Shown: positions 1-8,253 of the stretch, one piece after another
How the letters are laid out: every line of letters begins with the position of its first letter
Numbering within the stretch: the first letter of the stretch is position 1
Assembly (NCBI GenBank): GCA_934613415.1
Contig: CAKTSY010000003.1
Coordinates: forward strand, 210,001 to 242,000
Source of the DNA: an uncultured Opitutales bacterium
GTDB lineage: Bacteria; Verrucomicrobiota; Verrucomicrobiia; Opitutales; Intestinicryptomonadaceae
Reading direction: 5' to 3'
DNA length: 32,000 bases
The notes under the pieces: generated by a model
What the model saw: only the letters and a program-made list of their open reading frames with translations
Database searches by the model: none
What the model was told of the DNA's origin: nothing
Position numbers and translations under genes: made by a program

Positions 1-693
1 AAATGCCCTGTGCATTGAATCCGAATAAGTCCAAAGCAGCGTTTCGCTTTTGCCCAGATTTTGGCGAACATAGTCGTTGCCCGAATGCGCGCCATTGCGC
101 CCTTTTCTTACCTTGTCGGGAGGGGCTGCCTTTGCAACCGAAACTGCATTTTCGGCAAGCCTTATGTTAAAATACCACTCGTCTACAAGCGAAAAGTCGG
201 CAACGCCGTTCGAAATCGGGTGTGTTTTATCCAAAACAATATCGGCTTTCCAAGTGGGGTTTACCGACCAATAAGTTTCGTACGCCCCGCCGCAAATTTC
301 GCGCATAAAAGGCTCTGTTTCCTTTTTGTCGGGCTGCAATGCGTAGTGCAATATGCCGAAATTTACCCCGTGTTTTGCCAAATTTTTAACCGCATTTTCG
401 CTGCCTTTAAAGGGGCTGTTTTCGCCGCCTTCGGCAACAACCACAACGGCCGCGGCGTCTTTAATATCCGTAAAAGTCGCCCCTTTTTGCATATATAAAA
501 TTTCGGTTTTTATATCGGGGAACGCCCTATTTATAGCATTTTCAAGCAAAATGCAGGTGGCTTCGTTTTCGTGATCGCCCCAATAGTGAACGGAATTCCC
601 CGCATAAAACACAATCTTTGCCGGCTTTTTTGCGCAACCGAAAACAGCTAACGCGATACAGGCAATAACAAGAATTTTAGCAAAAAGTTTCAT
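1..693 (-). CDS. ThuA-like domain lipoprotein; 3' end lies beyond the window
   Basis: The minus-strand frame is open from the ATG at 693-691 to position 1. It is absent from the ORF track because no stop falls inside the window. My translation starts MKLFAKILVIACIALAVFGC, a signal peptide plus lipobox. It continues with GILHYALQP, GGAYETYWSVNPTWKA, HPISNGV and DEWYF, a pattern I associate with ThuA-type (glutamine-amidotransferase-like fold) proteins. It begins 4 nt after the stop of the upstream gene. Confidence 0.6.
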   Translation of the reverse strand, partial: MKLFAKILVIACIALAVFGCAKKPAKIVFYAGNSVHYWGDHENEATCILLENAINRAFPDIKTEILYMQKGATFTDIKDAAAVVVVAEGGENSPFKGSENAVKNLAKHGVNFGILHYALQPDKKETEPFMREICGGAYETYWSVNPTWKADIVLDKTHPISNGVADFSLVDEWYFNIRLAENAVSVAKAAPPDKVRKGRNGAHSGNDYVRQNLGKSETLLWTYSDSMHRAF

Positions 694-697
694 AACA

Positions 698-1660
698 CTA
701 CTTTCTTGTTGCAAATAAACACCTAAATACCGAGCCGAAATAGTCGGGCGAAATCAGCTCCATCAACGCCCTCTTTTTGGGAGACAATGGGTCTGTATTC
801 GCCACAATGTCGCAAAGCTTTTTTTGCGAATTTTTCATAAAAAAGTTTTCCTGCGTACAATAGGTTAAAGCCCCAAAGCCGCTGCTTTTCAAAATCGCTT
901 CTAGCGGCTCTATCTGCGGGCTATAGGTTAAATCCGAAACGCCCGCCATAGAGTAAATATCCAAGCTTTCAATCATATTTTTATATCTTCGGGCGGTGCC
1001 TTTGCCGAAGGCGTATAGCTCGTGCGTTGTTCTAAAATAGTCTATAAAAAGCAATAGCCCAGTCCATTTTTGCGAGCAGATTTTTTCGAACATATCCAAT
1101 GCGTCGAAAGAAAAATCAACAATAAAGCCGTCGAAAGCGTCGGGGAAATTTTTGTTTAAAACTTCGCTTTCATAGATTGAGGCGTCGCAATAAACTTCGC
1201 TAAACGAATCCTCCGAAACGGGCGACAAATAAAGCTTTTCCCACTTATTGTTTTCGTGCAAAAACCTGTCGAAGGGGCGCGAATCGAGCAGCTCGTTGGA
1301 AAACACAAAAATATTTTCGCCCGAAATTTCAAGCTTGCTACCAAGCCTTAAAGATTCCGAATTTTCGAAAAGCTCCCTGTTCGGTTCCGCTCCAATTTCT
1401 ATTATTTTTTCGGGAGCTTTGCCCAAAATGCTTTTTGCCCCGTCTAGCAAAAGCTCGGCAAACATTGCGCCCTTTAGGTTCGAGCTTGTATAAAAGTCGC
1501 CCTTGGTGCCCGTGCGTATTCTCTGCGCCCTGTAATACGAATATTCGTATTCGAAAAGGCACTTTTTCACAAATTCCGAAAGCGGAATAAGCCCGTTGTT
1601 GTCCGCCGCGTATTCGCCGATTTTTTCCAGTATAAGCTTTGTAATTTCTTCGTCGTTCAT
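698..1660 (-). CDS. MidA/DUF185-family (NDUFAF7-like) putative SAM-dependent methyltransferase
   Basis: This is ORF 698..1738 trimmed to the internal ATG at 1660 (MNDEEITKLILEK), which sits 1 nt after the recF stop. Motifs appear in family order: LSEF, YY, GTKGDFYTS (GDF-x-T-x), FSNELLDSRPF, LLLFIDY, GTARRY, SDLTY and TQENFF. The usual G-x-G SAM-binding loop reads EIGAEPNRE. Confidence 0.6.
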   Translation of the reverse strand: MNDEEITKLILEKIGEYAADNNGLIPLSEFVKKCLFEYEYSYYRAQRIRTGTKGDFYTSSNLKGAMFAELLLDGAKSILGKAPEKIIEIGAEPNRELFENSESLRLGSKLEISGENIFVFSNELLDSRPFDRFLHENNKWEKLYLSPVSEDSFSEVYCDASIYESEVLNKNFPDAFDGFIVDFSFDALDMFEKICSQKWTGLLLFIDYFRTTHELYAFGKGTARRYKNMIESLDIYSMAGVSDLTYSPQIEPLEAILKSSGFGALTYCTQENFFMKNSQKKLCDIVANTDPLSPKKRALMELISPDYFGSVFRCLFATRK

Positions 1661-1661
1661 T

Positions 1662-2729
1662 TTAAAAAAAATATTTGCCGTTTTCGGCTCTAATGTCGAA
1701 CCAATCGCCTGCAGGCATATTCGAAGTTGAAGTTGCAATAACTTGAAACGATTTGTCTATGCAGTTCCAAAACGCCTCTTTGCGATAGTCGTCTAGCTCG
1801 CCTAAAATGTCGTCGCACAGCAAAACTGGAGCTTCGTTTTTTCTTTCGTACAAAGTGCTTAATTGCGCCAGCCTAAGAGACAGCGCAACCGAACGCTGCT
1901 GGCCGTCGGAAGCGTATTTAATTGCGGCCTTGCCCGCAAGCAGGGGCAAAATGTCGTCTTTGTGCGGACCTGTTTTTGTGCTGCCAATAAGCTTTTCTGC
2001 CGCGCGCGAAAGCTTCAAACTTTCGGCATATTCGCTTGCGTCTTTTGCCGACGACGAACGTCTTAAAACAACCGCAAGTTTTTCGCCCGATTTTTTTGCA
2101 AGCTCGCCGTAGTAAACCGAGCTTTTTTCGCTTAGCTCTTTTAAATAAAATTCCCTCTTTTCGGTTATAACCGAAAACGCCTGCGCCATTTGAATTTCGA
2201 AAGCCGAAAATTCGGCGTCGCTTGCGCCGTCGCTTTTAAGCAGCATATTGCGGTTTGCAAGGGCCTTGTGGTAGTTCCTTAATGCCGCAAAATATTCTGC
2301 GTCTAGCGAAGATATGTATACATCTATAAACCTGCGCCTTAATGCGGGGGCGGCCTTTACCAGCTGAAGATCGTAGCCGCCCATTGCAAGCACGGGGTAT
2401 TTGCCTATAAAGTCGGCAAGGGTTGGGCACTTGTTGTCGTCTATTGCAACCGTATTTTTTTGCTGGGTTATGTTTATTAAAACGGTGCTTGCGCCCTCGG
2501 TTTTTTCGACGTCTATTAAAGCTTGCGCCGACTTTTGCCCGAAACGTATAAGGTCGTTTAGCGCGGCTGTTCTAAACGAGCGCATTGCCGCCAGCAAAGA
2601 CAAGGCCTCTAGCATATTGCTTTTGCCCTGTGCGTTTATGCCGTATATGCGCACATGCTTTGCGCAAAGCGGCACATCGGCAAACTCTACGTTTCTAAAA
2701 TCTGAAAGCCTTATGTTTTTTATTATCAC
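1662..2729 (-). CDS. recF: DNA replication/repair protein RecF
   Basis: N-terminus IIKNIRLSDFRNV, Walker A GINAQGKSN, signature SDGQQRS and Walker B VLLCDDILGELD are all present. I prefer the GTG at 2729, which overlaps the upstream stop as GTGA. The track's start at 2771 would overlap the HAD gene by 46 nt and add a non-conserved leader. Confidence 0.85.
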   Translation of the reverse strand: MIIKNIRLSDFRNVEFADVPLCAKHVRIYGINAQGKSNMLEALSLLAAMRSFRTAALNDLIRFGQKSAQALIDVEKTEGASTVLINITQQKNTVAIDDNKCPTLADFIGKYPVLAMGGYDLQLVKAAPALRRRFIDVYISSLDAEYFAALRNYHKALANRNMLLKSDGASDAEFSAFEIQMAQAFSVITEKREFYLKELSEKSSVYYGELAKKSGEKLAVVLRRSSSAKDASEYAESLKLSRAAEKLIGSTKTGPHKDDILPLLAGKAAIKYASDGQQRSVALSLRLAQLSTLYERKNEAPVLLCDDILGELDDYRKEAFWNCIDKSFQVIATSTSNMPAGDWFDIRAENGKYFF

Positions 2730-3709
2730 TTTGCGTGCAAGTGTCGGGGAGCTTTGCCTACGCGTTCGCACACCGCGCGCGATTTGTCGGCGGCAATTCG
2801 TTTGCAGATTTTTTCGACGTGCATTTTAAGCCATATATATGTGGGGCTTTCGGGCGTGTATACGCAAGGACCGTAGGCGTCTATGCGGCCGTTTTCCAAA
2901 AGCATATCGTTTTGCTCGAACTCGGCTTGGCATTTTGGCGAATATACGGCGTAGGCCTTTCCTCCGTTGTTTTTTACAACCGAAAATACGGGAATATCGC
3001 TCGGGCCGTCGGCAATATATATCATATTTTTTATGGGGACGCGCCTGTCTTCTTCGGCAACTTTTGCGTTTACGTCTATTTCGGGATTCTTGTTCGTGCC
3101 CTTGTTTATCTCGAAAATAAAGCGTGTTTTAATTGTATTGTCTACCATAGAGCCTATCTGGTTTATCTGTGTAGACAGGCACGAAAAGTCGAATTCCCTT
3201 TGCTGCAAAAAGTAGGGGGGCATAGGCTCTTCTATAAACTCGCAGCCGAAAATTCCGTCGCAAAAAGGCGCAATGGCGCTGCCCTTTATCATTTCGGCTA
3301 AGCCCGTGCTTACAATGTAGTGCTCTAGCTTTATATCCAGCTTGGCGTATTCGGGATTTTCCGAAACCTGTTTTTTTAGATTGTCGAAAAATTCGGGAAG
3401 CCCGCCGCAGAACTTAAGGCGCGCACCCAGTTCGCGCAGCTTTGCGTTAGAAAGCCCGCGCATTGGCCCGTTTTTTACATAGCTTAAAATGTGGTTTAAA
3501 TATACGGTTTCGGCGCTAACCCTTATGCCCTTTTTTGCATATATTGCCGGCAGCGAATTTACCTCTTTCCAGAAATCCACGGGGTCTATATTGTATTCTT
3601 CAAACAACGGCGTTTGCATATAGCCGTCTATCAAAGTTTTGTCGAAATCCCAAACGCACGCTATAACCGGCGGATTTCTTATTGCCCCTTCTGTTAAGTC
3701 TTGATTCAT
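2726..3709 (-). CDS. HAD-superfamily hydrolase (327 aa)
   Basis: HAD motif I is VWDFDKTL (DxDxT) and motif IV is YIADGPSDIP. I chose the start at ATG 3709 (MNQDLTEG). The longer track ORF, running to 3892, would overlap prfA on the other strand. Confidence 0.7.
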   Translation of the reverse strand: MNQDLTEGAIRNPPVIACVWDFDKTLIDGYMQTPLFEEYNIDPVDFWKEVNSLPAIYAKKGIRVSAETVYLNHILSYVKNGPMRGLSNAKLRELGARLKFCGGLPEFFDNLKKQVSENPEYAKLDIKLEHYIVSTGLAEMIKGSAIAPFCDGIFGCEFIEEPMPPYFLQQREFDFSCLSTQINQIGSMVDNTIKTRFIFEINKGTNKNPEIDVNAKVAEEDRRVPIKNMIYIADGPSDIPVFSVVKNNGGKAYAVYSPKCQAEFEQNDMLLENGRIDAYGPCVYTPESPTYIWLKMHVEKICKRIAADKSRAVCERVGKAPRHLHAK

Positions 3710-3766
3710 CGTTAAAAATTCTATTACCTGTAAGTGATAGTAAAATAATTTAGATATTTGGAAAAA

Positions 3767-4855
3767 ATGCAAGGAATACCTTCTATAGACCCCTTTCTTA
3801 AAAGACTCGCCCAGCTCGACGAAAAAATGGCTGCCCCCGATTTTTATAACGACCAAAGAGCCGCCAGCGCAATCTCGCGCGAGCACAAACAACTAAGCGA
3901 GTTAAAAGACACATTCCAAGCCTATCAAGACGCAAAAAAACAAATAGAAGAAAATAAGGCCATTATTGCCGACCCTTCTAGCGATGCAGATTTAAAAGAG
4001 CTGGCCCAGGAAGACTTAAAAGACCTCGAGCAAAAACTGCCGCAGTTGGAAAAGTCGGTTCTGGTTTTAATGTTGCCCCCCGACGAAACCGATTCTAGAA
4101 ACACCGTTGTCGAAATCAGAGCGGGCACCGGCGGCGACGAAGCCTCGCTTTTTGCGGCAGACCTCTACAGAATGTATACGCGCTTTGCCGACAGCAAGGG
4201 CTGGAAAATAGAGCAACTTAGCTCTAGCGAATCGGAAGCCGGCGGCTTTAAGGAAATATGCTTTTTAATGAGCGGCGACTCGGTTTACCGCTACATGAAA
4301 TACGAAAGCGGCACGCACAGGGTTCAGCGCGTTCCGGCAACCGAAGCCAACGGCAGGGTGCATACGTCGGCTGCAACCGTTGCGGTTTTGCCCGAAGCCG
4401 AAGAAGTGGATATTCACATAGACCCGCAGGATATAGAAATTTCGATTGCAAGGGCAAGCGGCCCGGGGGGTCAGGGCGTAAACACTACCGACTCGGCCGT
4501 TCAGATTTTGCACAAGCCCACGGGTATGATTGTTAAATGCGCCGACGAAAGGTCGCAATTAAAGAACAAGACAAAGGCCTTGAAAGTGCTAAGGTCGCGC
4601 CTGTTGGAAATGAAGCAGCGCGAAGAGGCCGAAAAGTATGCAAAAAACCGCCGCGAACAGATTGGCAGCGGCGACCGCTCCGAACGCATCAGAACATACA
4701 ACTTCCCCCAAAGCCGTTTAACAGACCACAGAATCGGGCTTACAGTGCATTCGCTTGCCCAGGTTATGGACGGCGACATTGGCGACATAATAAAGGCATT
4801 GGAAGAAGCCGACTATTCCAACCGAATTAAGTCTCTTATGGAGGAAAACGCCTAG
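3767..4855 (+). CDS. prfA: Peptide chain release factor 1
   Basis: The RF1 tripeptide motif lies in RVQRVPATEANGRVHTS, and the GGQ motif in SGPGGQGVNTTDSAV. The track start at 3758 is a TTG. The ATG at 3767 gives MQGIPSID. Confidence 0.95.
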   Translation: MQGIPSIDPFLKRLAQLDEKMAAPDFYNDQRAASAISREHKQLSELKDTFQAYQDAKKQIEENKAIIADPSSDADLKELAQEDLKDLEQKLPQLEKSVLVLMLPPDETDSRNTVVEIRAGTGGDEASLFAADLYRMYTRFADSKGWKIEQLSSSESEAGGFKEICFLMSGDSVYRYMKYESGTHRVQRVPATEANGRVHTSAATVAVLPEAEEVDIHIDPQDIEISIARASGPGGQGVNTTDSAVQILHKPTGMIVKCADERSQLKNKTKALKVLRSRLLEMKQREEAEKYAKNRREQIGSGDRSERIRTYNFPQSRLTDHRIGLTVHSLAQVMDGDIGDIIKALEEADYSNRIKSLMEENA

Positions 4856-4858
4856 CAA

Positions 4859-5710
4859 ATGGCGCTTTCGGTTATAGAGGTTTTGAAGAAAACCGAAGAG
4901 TTTTTTCTTCAAAAAAACATTCCCAACGCCAAGCTAGACGCCCAGTTGCTGCTTGCAAAGGTGCTGAACAAAAAGCGGCTGGAGCTTTTTTTGCTGTTCG
5001 ACAAACCCATGCAGCAAAACGAGCTTGATTTGTATAGGGCTTTTGTAAGGCGAAGGGTAAAACGCGAGCCCTTGCAATATATTGTGGGCGAATGCGAGTT
5101 TTACAATGCCCTTTTAAAATGCGACAGCCGCGCCCTTATTCCGCGAAGCGAAACCGAAGAGCTTTGCGCGCTTGTTTGCGAAAAATATTTTGCCGACAAA
5201 AAAGACGACAATTTAAAAATTCTGGATATGGGAACGGGAAGCGGCGCGATTGCCGTTGCCCTTGCCAAGAATTTTAAAAACGCAAAAGTTTTTGCATGCG
5301 ACATTAGCGAAAATGCACTTTCGCTTGCGGCAGAAAACGCAAAGCTAAACAAAGTAAATGTAGAATTTATAAAATCTAACTGGTTCGAAAATATAAGAGA
5401 CAAATTCGACATAATAATTTCGAACCCGCCCTACCTTACAAAAGAAGAGGTTGAAACAGCCCAAAGCGAAGTGAAAGACTTTGAGCCCTACAACGCCCTG
5501 TTTAGCGAAAACAACGGCTTTGCCGACTTGCAAAAAATTATAGAAAACGCAAAAAACCGCCTAAACGAAAACGGTTTTTTGTTTTTCGAAACGGGAATTG
5601 CACACAAAGCCCCGCTTGAACTGATTGCAAAAAAATGCGGCTTTTTGTGCGAAGCATTGCCCGATTTAAGCGGCAGACAACGCTACGGGATTTTGCAAAT
5701 TGCAAAATAA
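4859..5710 (+). CDS. prmC: Release factor glutamine N5-methyltransferase
   Basis: SAM-binding motif ILDMGTGSGAIAV and catalytic motif IISNPPYL are present, with PLQYIVGE near the N-terminus. The gene starts 3 nt after the prfA stop, the classic prfA-prmC pairing. Confidence 0.9.
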   Translation: MALSVIEVLKKTEEFFLQKNIPNAKLDAQLLLAKVLNKKRLELFLLFDKPMQQNELDLYRAFVRRRVKREPLQYIVGECEFYNALLKCDSRALIPRSETEELCALVCEKYFADKKDDNLKILDMGTGSGAIAVALAKNFKNAKVFACDISENALSLAAENAKLNKVNVEFIKSNWFENIRDKFDIIISNPPYLTKEEVETAQSEVKDFEPYNALFSENNGFADLQKIIENAKNRLNENGFLFFETGIAHKAPLELIAKKCGFLCEALPDLSGRQRYGILQIAK

Positions 5711-5725
5711 ATTTCGAGCAAAGAC

Positions 5726-6958
5726 TCAAAACGAAACCACAAGCTGGCCGCCCACAACAAGAGCGTTGTCTATATTTTTGTCGCCGTTGGGGGTTATTAC
5801 ATATTGCAAGTCGGGCTGAATTGAAATGTTTTGGTTTAGCTGAATTACATAGGTTAGCTCTACAATATTTTCGCAAGACGCCATTTCGCCCGAAGCGGTT
5901 TTGTAGTTTTCGCTAAACCAGCCGCCCGTCCACGAAAAGAACAGAGCGTCGTTGGGTCTATTTGGTGTAAAACCCTTAAAGCGCACGCCGGCATACGCCA
6001 TATAAGTTACCGCGCTTACGCTTTCTAGCGGCGCATATTGCAAACCGGCCCAAAGCGAAATGCTTTTATTGTCTAAACTTTGCCAAACGGTTTGCTGGCC
6101 TTGCAGGTAAAGCCCATAGGCGTTTTCGCGCGTGCTACTGGCTATGCCGCCAACATTGTAGCCGCCGTAAAACCAACCGCCAAGCTGGTATTGCCCCCTA
6201 AGGGCTGCGCCGTTTTCGGCATAAAATGCGGGCGACCACTGCGCCTGAAAAACCGCCATATAGCCGTCGTCTTTGCGTATTTTCCAATCTAAACCGTCCC
6301 AGTTTTTACTAGTTATATTTTGCTGAATTTGATACAGCCCTGCCGCAAAACTTAGGTTGTTTACGGTATCGTATTCTACGGCAATGCCCCATGTTGCCTG
6401 CGGCGAAGAAGTAAACGGGCTGTTGAAAAACATCGCTTCGGGGGTGGAATTTATTGCCCCGCTTACCATATAGCCGAACACGGGCAGCCCGCAAAAAATA
6501 TCCGACATACTCATTCTTCCTAGCGAAAATGTGACAGAGTCGCCGTCGAACACCTCAATTTCCTGCGAAACAAAAAATTCGTAGAACATTGCGCCGTCGC
6601 TTACGCTAGATTCCGAAAGCGTAAAATAGTTGCCAACCGCCTCGCTTAAATTTGCGCCAGCGTTATACGCGCCAGAAACCGTAATTGTCATTCCCTTTAT
6701 AGACGCAATTTTTTGCATATCCAGCTCAAGTCCAAAAAGCATTTCGTGCGTATAGTTTGTAGCTTGCCTGTTGCCGCCCGAAGGATTGCTTAAAAGCACC
6801 GCGTAGTAGTCGAAAAACGGCGTTATTCCCGTATAGTTCGAAAACTCGCCGCTTTTGGTTTCTATTTTGTTGCATATTGTATTTAAGCAATTGCCTTCTT
6901 CGGCATACAAGCCGCAAAGCGAAAGCAAAAAAATAAGGGTGGCTTTAACAGATTTCAT
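5726..6958 (-). CDS. Outer-membrane porin, OprB/carbohydrate-selective-porin-like
   Basis: The signal peptide is MKSVKATLIFLLSLCGLYA. The sequence is rich in alternating aromatic/Gly beta-strand patterns and ends in a terminal F (GGQLVVSF). The N-terminal region NPSGGNRQATNYTHEMLFGLELDMQKI resembles the OprB family. Confidence 0.6.
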   Translation of the reverse strand: MKSVKATLIFLLSLCGLYAEEGNCLNTICNKIETKSGEFSNYTGITPFFDYYAVLLSNPSGGNRQATNYTHEMLFGLELDMQKIASIKGMTITVSGAYNAGANLSEAVGNYFTLSESSVSDGAMFYEFFVSQEIEVFDGDSVTFSLGRMSMSDIFCGLPVFGYMVSGAINSTPEAMFFNSPFTSSPQATWGIAVEYDTVNNLSFAAGLYQIQQNITSKNWDGLDWKIRKDDGYMAVFQAQWSPAFYAENGAALRGQYQLGGWFYGGYNVGGIASSTRENAYGLYLQGQQTVWQSLDNKSISLWAGLQYAPLESVSAVTYMAYAGVRFKGFTPNRPNDALFFSWTGGWFSENYKTASGEMASCENIVELTYVIQLNQNISIQPDLQYVITPNGDKNIDNALVVGGQLVVSF

Positions 6959-7040
6959 AATGGCTATTTTAGGTTATCTACAAAAAAACTATTTCGGCAA
7001 AATTTGCCACTTAATGGAATCGGCTTTTTGCAAACTAATT

Positions 7041-7078
7041 AAAAACAAAAAAGGCCGCCTTTTTTAAGGCAGCCTTTT
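7041..7078 (-). terminator. Rho-independent terminator downstream of the 7105..8124 gene
   Basis: A GC-rich hairpin pairs GGCCGCCTT with AAGGCAGCC (one mismatch, 4-nt loop). It is flanked by an A-run on the plus strand, which reads as a T-run on the minus transcript, and by TTTT on the other side. Confidence 0.6.
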
Positions 7079-7104
7079 GCTTTATTGAAATCTGTTTTTG
7101 CCGA

Positions 7105-8124
7105 TTAAAGCGATTCGCTCGTAACGGGGCCAACCTGAGAATTGTCGGGCAATGTGCTTGAGCTGCTGTCGGCAGCCGAGTCTACATCATCGCTGTCGGC
7201 AGCCTTTGTGCCCGAAGCGGGAACTTGAGCGGGAGCGGGAGCTTTGTCTTCAGCTACGCTGGGAGCGGCATTCGAACCTGCAGCAGCTACTTCGGAAGCA
7301 TTTGCTACATTGCCGTCGCTTGTTTTTGCGCTTTCGCTTACAACGTTGCCGGCGGGGTCTTTATCTACAACGGTTGTTGTGTTTGTGCCGTCGGGGTTGT
7401 TAACAACTGTGGTTTGCGATGTGGAACCGTTGTTGTTTGTTGTTGTAACATTTGCGTTTACCAAAGCGATTTCGGTTGTGGGAGCCGAAGAGGAAGTTTC
7501 TTTTACCTGCTTGCCTGCAACTGTGCCCGAAACTGTTGTAACGCTGCCATTGTTTGCAACTGTTGCGTCAACCGCGGCATTGTTTACAGTGCCCTGAACT
7601 TGCTGAGAACCGTCTGCATTGTTTCTTACGGCAACTTTGCCCGAAACAATCTGCTTGCCGGCATTCGAAGCTTTAATGTCTACAACGGGGTTGTTGGGCT
7701 TGCTTGTGTCTACATTAAGCTCTAACGAAAAGTCTACAGCAGCGCCCTTGTCGGCATTGGCTATTGCAGAGTTAAGTGCGCTTAATACGTTTGCAACTGT
7801 GCTTGCCGCAACATTGCTCTTTTTAAGCGAAGCTTTTACTGCGTGTTCTATATCCGACATATTGTCGGCAATTGTCGAAGAAGTGCCCGCCAAAGGAGAA
7901 AATTTTACGCCAAGCTTTACGCCTGTAGCTGTCGAGAATACGTTAACGGCAATCTTGCCTTTTTTAGTGTTGTAAACATATTCGCCGTTTTCGGTTTTAA
8001 CCAATTCGCCGTTTGCGGCTTCTGTCGCCTGCTGGGGAGCCGCAGGAGCCGGCTGTGCTGCAAACACAAATCCCGAGAGGGATATTAACGAAAGTAATGC
8101 GATTGTGTACTTTTTGCTTTTCAT
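7105..8124 (-). CDS. Secreted low-complexity protein, function unknown
   Basis: Start is taken at ATG 8124 (MKSKKYTIALLSLISLSGFVFA, then AQPAP, a type I signal peptide). The mature protein is rich in A/T/S/N/V/G. I see no Cys in it, and almost no aromatic residues in its C-terminal two thirds. Confidence 0.7.
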   Translation of the reverse strand: MKSKKYTIALLSLISLSGFVFAAQPAPAAPQQATEAANGELVKTENGEYVYNTKKGKIAVNVFSTATGVKLGVKFSPLAGTSSTIADNMSDIEHAVKASLKKSNVAASTVANVLSALNSAIANADKGAAVDFSLELNVDTSKPNNPVVDIKASNAGKQIVSGKVAVRNNADGSQQVQGTVNNAAVDATVANNGSVTTVSGTVAGKQVKETSSSAPTTEIALVNANVTTTNNNGSTSQTTVVNNPDGTNTTTVVDKDPAGNVVSESAKTSDGNVANASEVAAAGSNAAPSVAEDKAPAPAQVPASGTKAADSDDVDSAADSSSSTLPDNSQVGPVTSESL

Positions 8125-8253
8125 TTTTTTTGAGGGTTTAGTTTTTATGCTTAAATTGTAAAATAAATAGTCCAATATCTTTTGTACGTCATTTTATATT
8201 GAACGCATAATAGGGTTTTGCAAGTCTTTTTTGCCAATTTTTTTAAGCGACGA

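Noticed and set aside
2730-2771. Longer recF start (track start at 2771).
   Set aside because: It would overlap the HAD gene by 46 nt and add a non-conserved MRTRRQSSPTLARK leader. The GTG at 2729 gives the canonical RecF N-terminus and a GTGA stop/start overlap.
2735-3301. 188-aa plus-strand ORF.
   Set aside because: It is antisense to the HAD hydrolase gene, whose DxDxT and GPSD motifs support the minus-strand reading.
3710-3892. N-terminal extension of the HAD hydrolase ORF.
   Set aside because: The extension runs through the divergent promoter region and into prfA on the other strand. The ATG at 3709 lies 19 codons upstream of the DxDxT motif.
5691-5707. Palindrome TTTTGCAAATTGCAAAA at the end of prmC, considered as a terminator between convergent genes.
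   Set aside because: The stem is mostly A:T pairs with only two G:C pairs, and the central loop is too small. It lies within coding sequence (ILQIAK) and is unlikely to form a stable terminator.
7225-7975. Three long plus-strand ORFs (166, 117 and 118 aa).
   Set aside because: They are antisense artefacts of the low-complexity secreted-protein gene. The biased A/T/S/N/V codons on the coding strand keep the opposite frames open.
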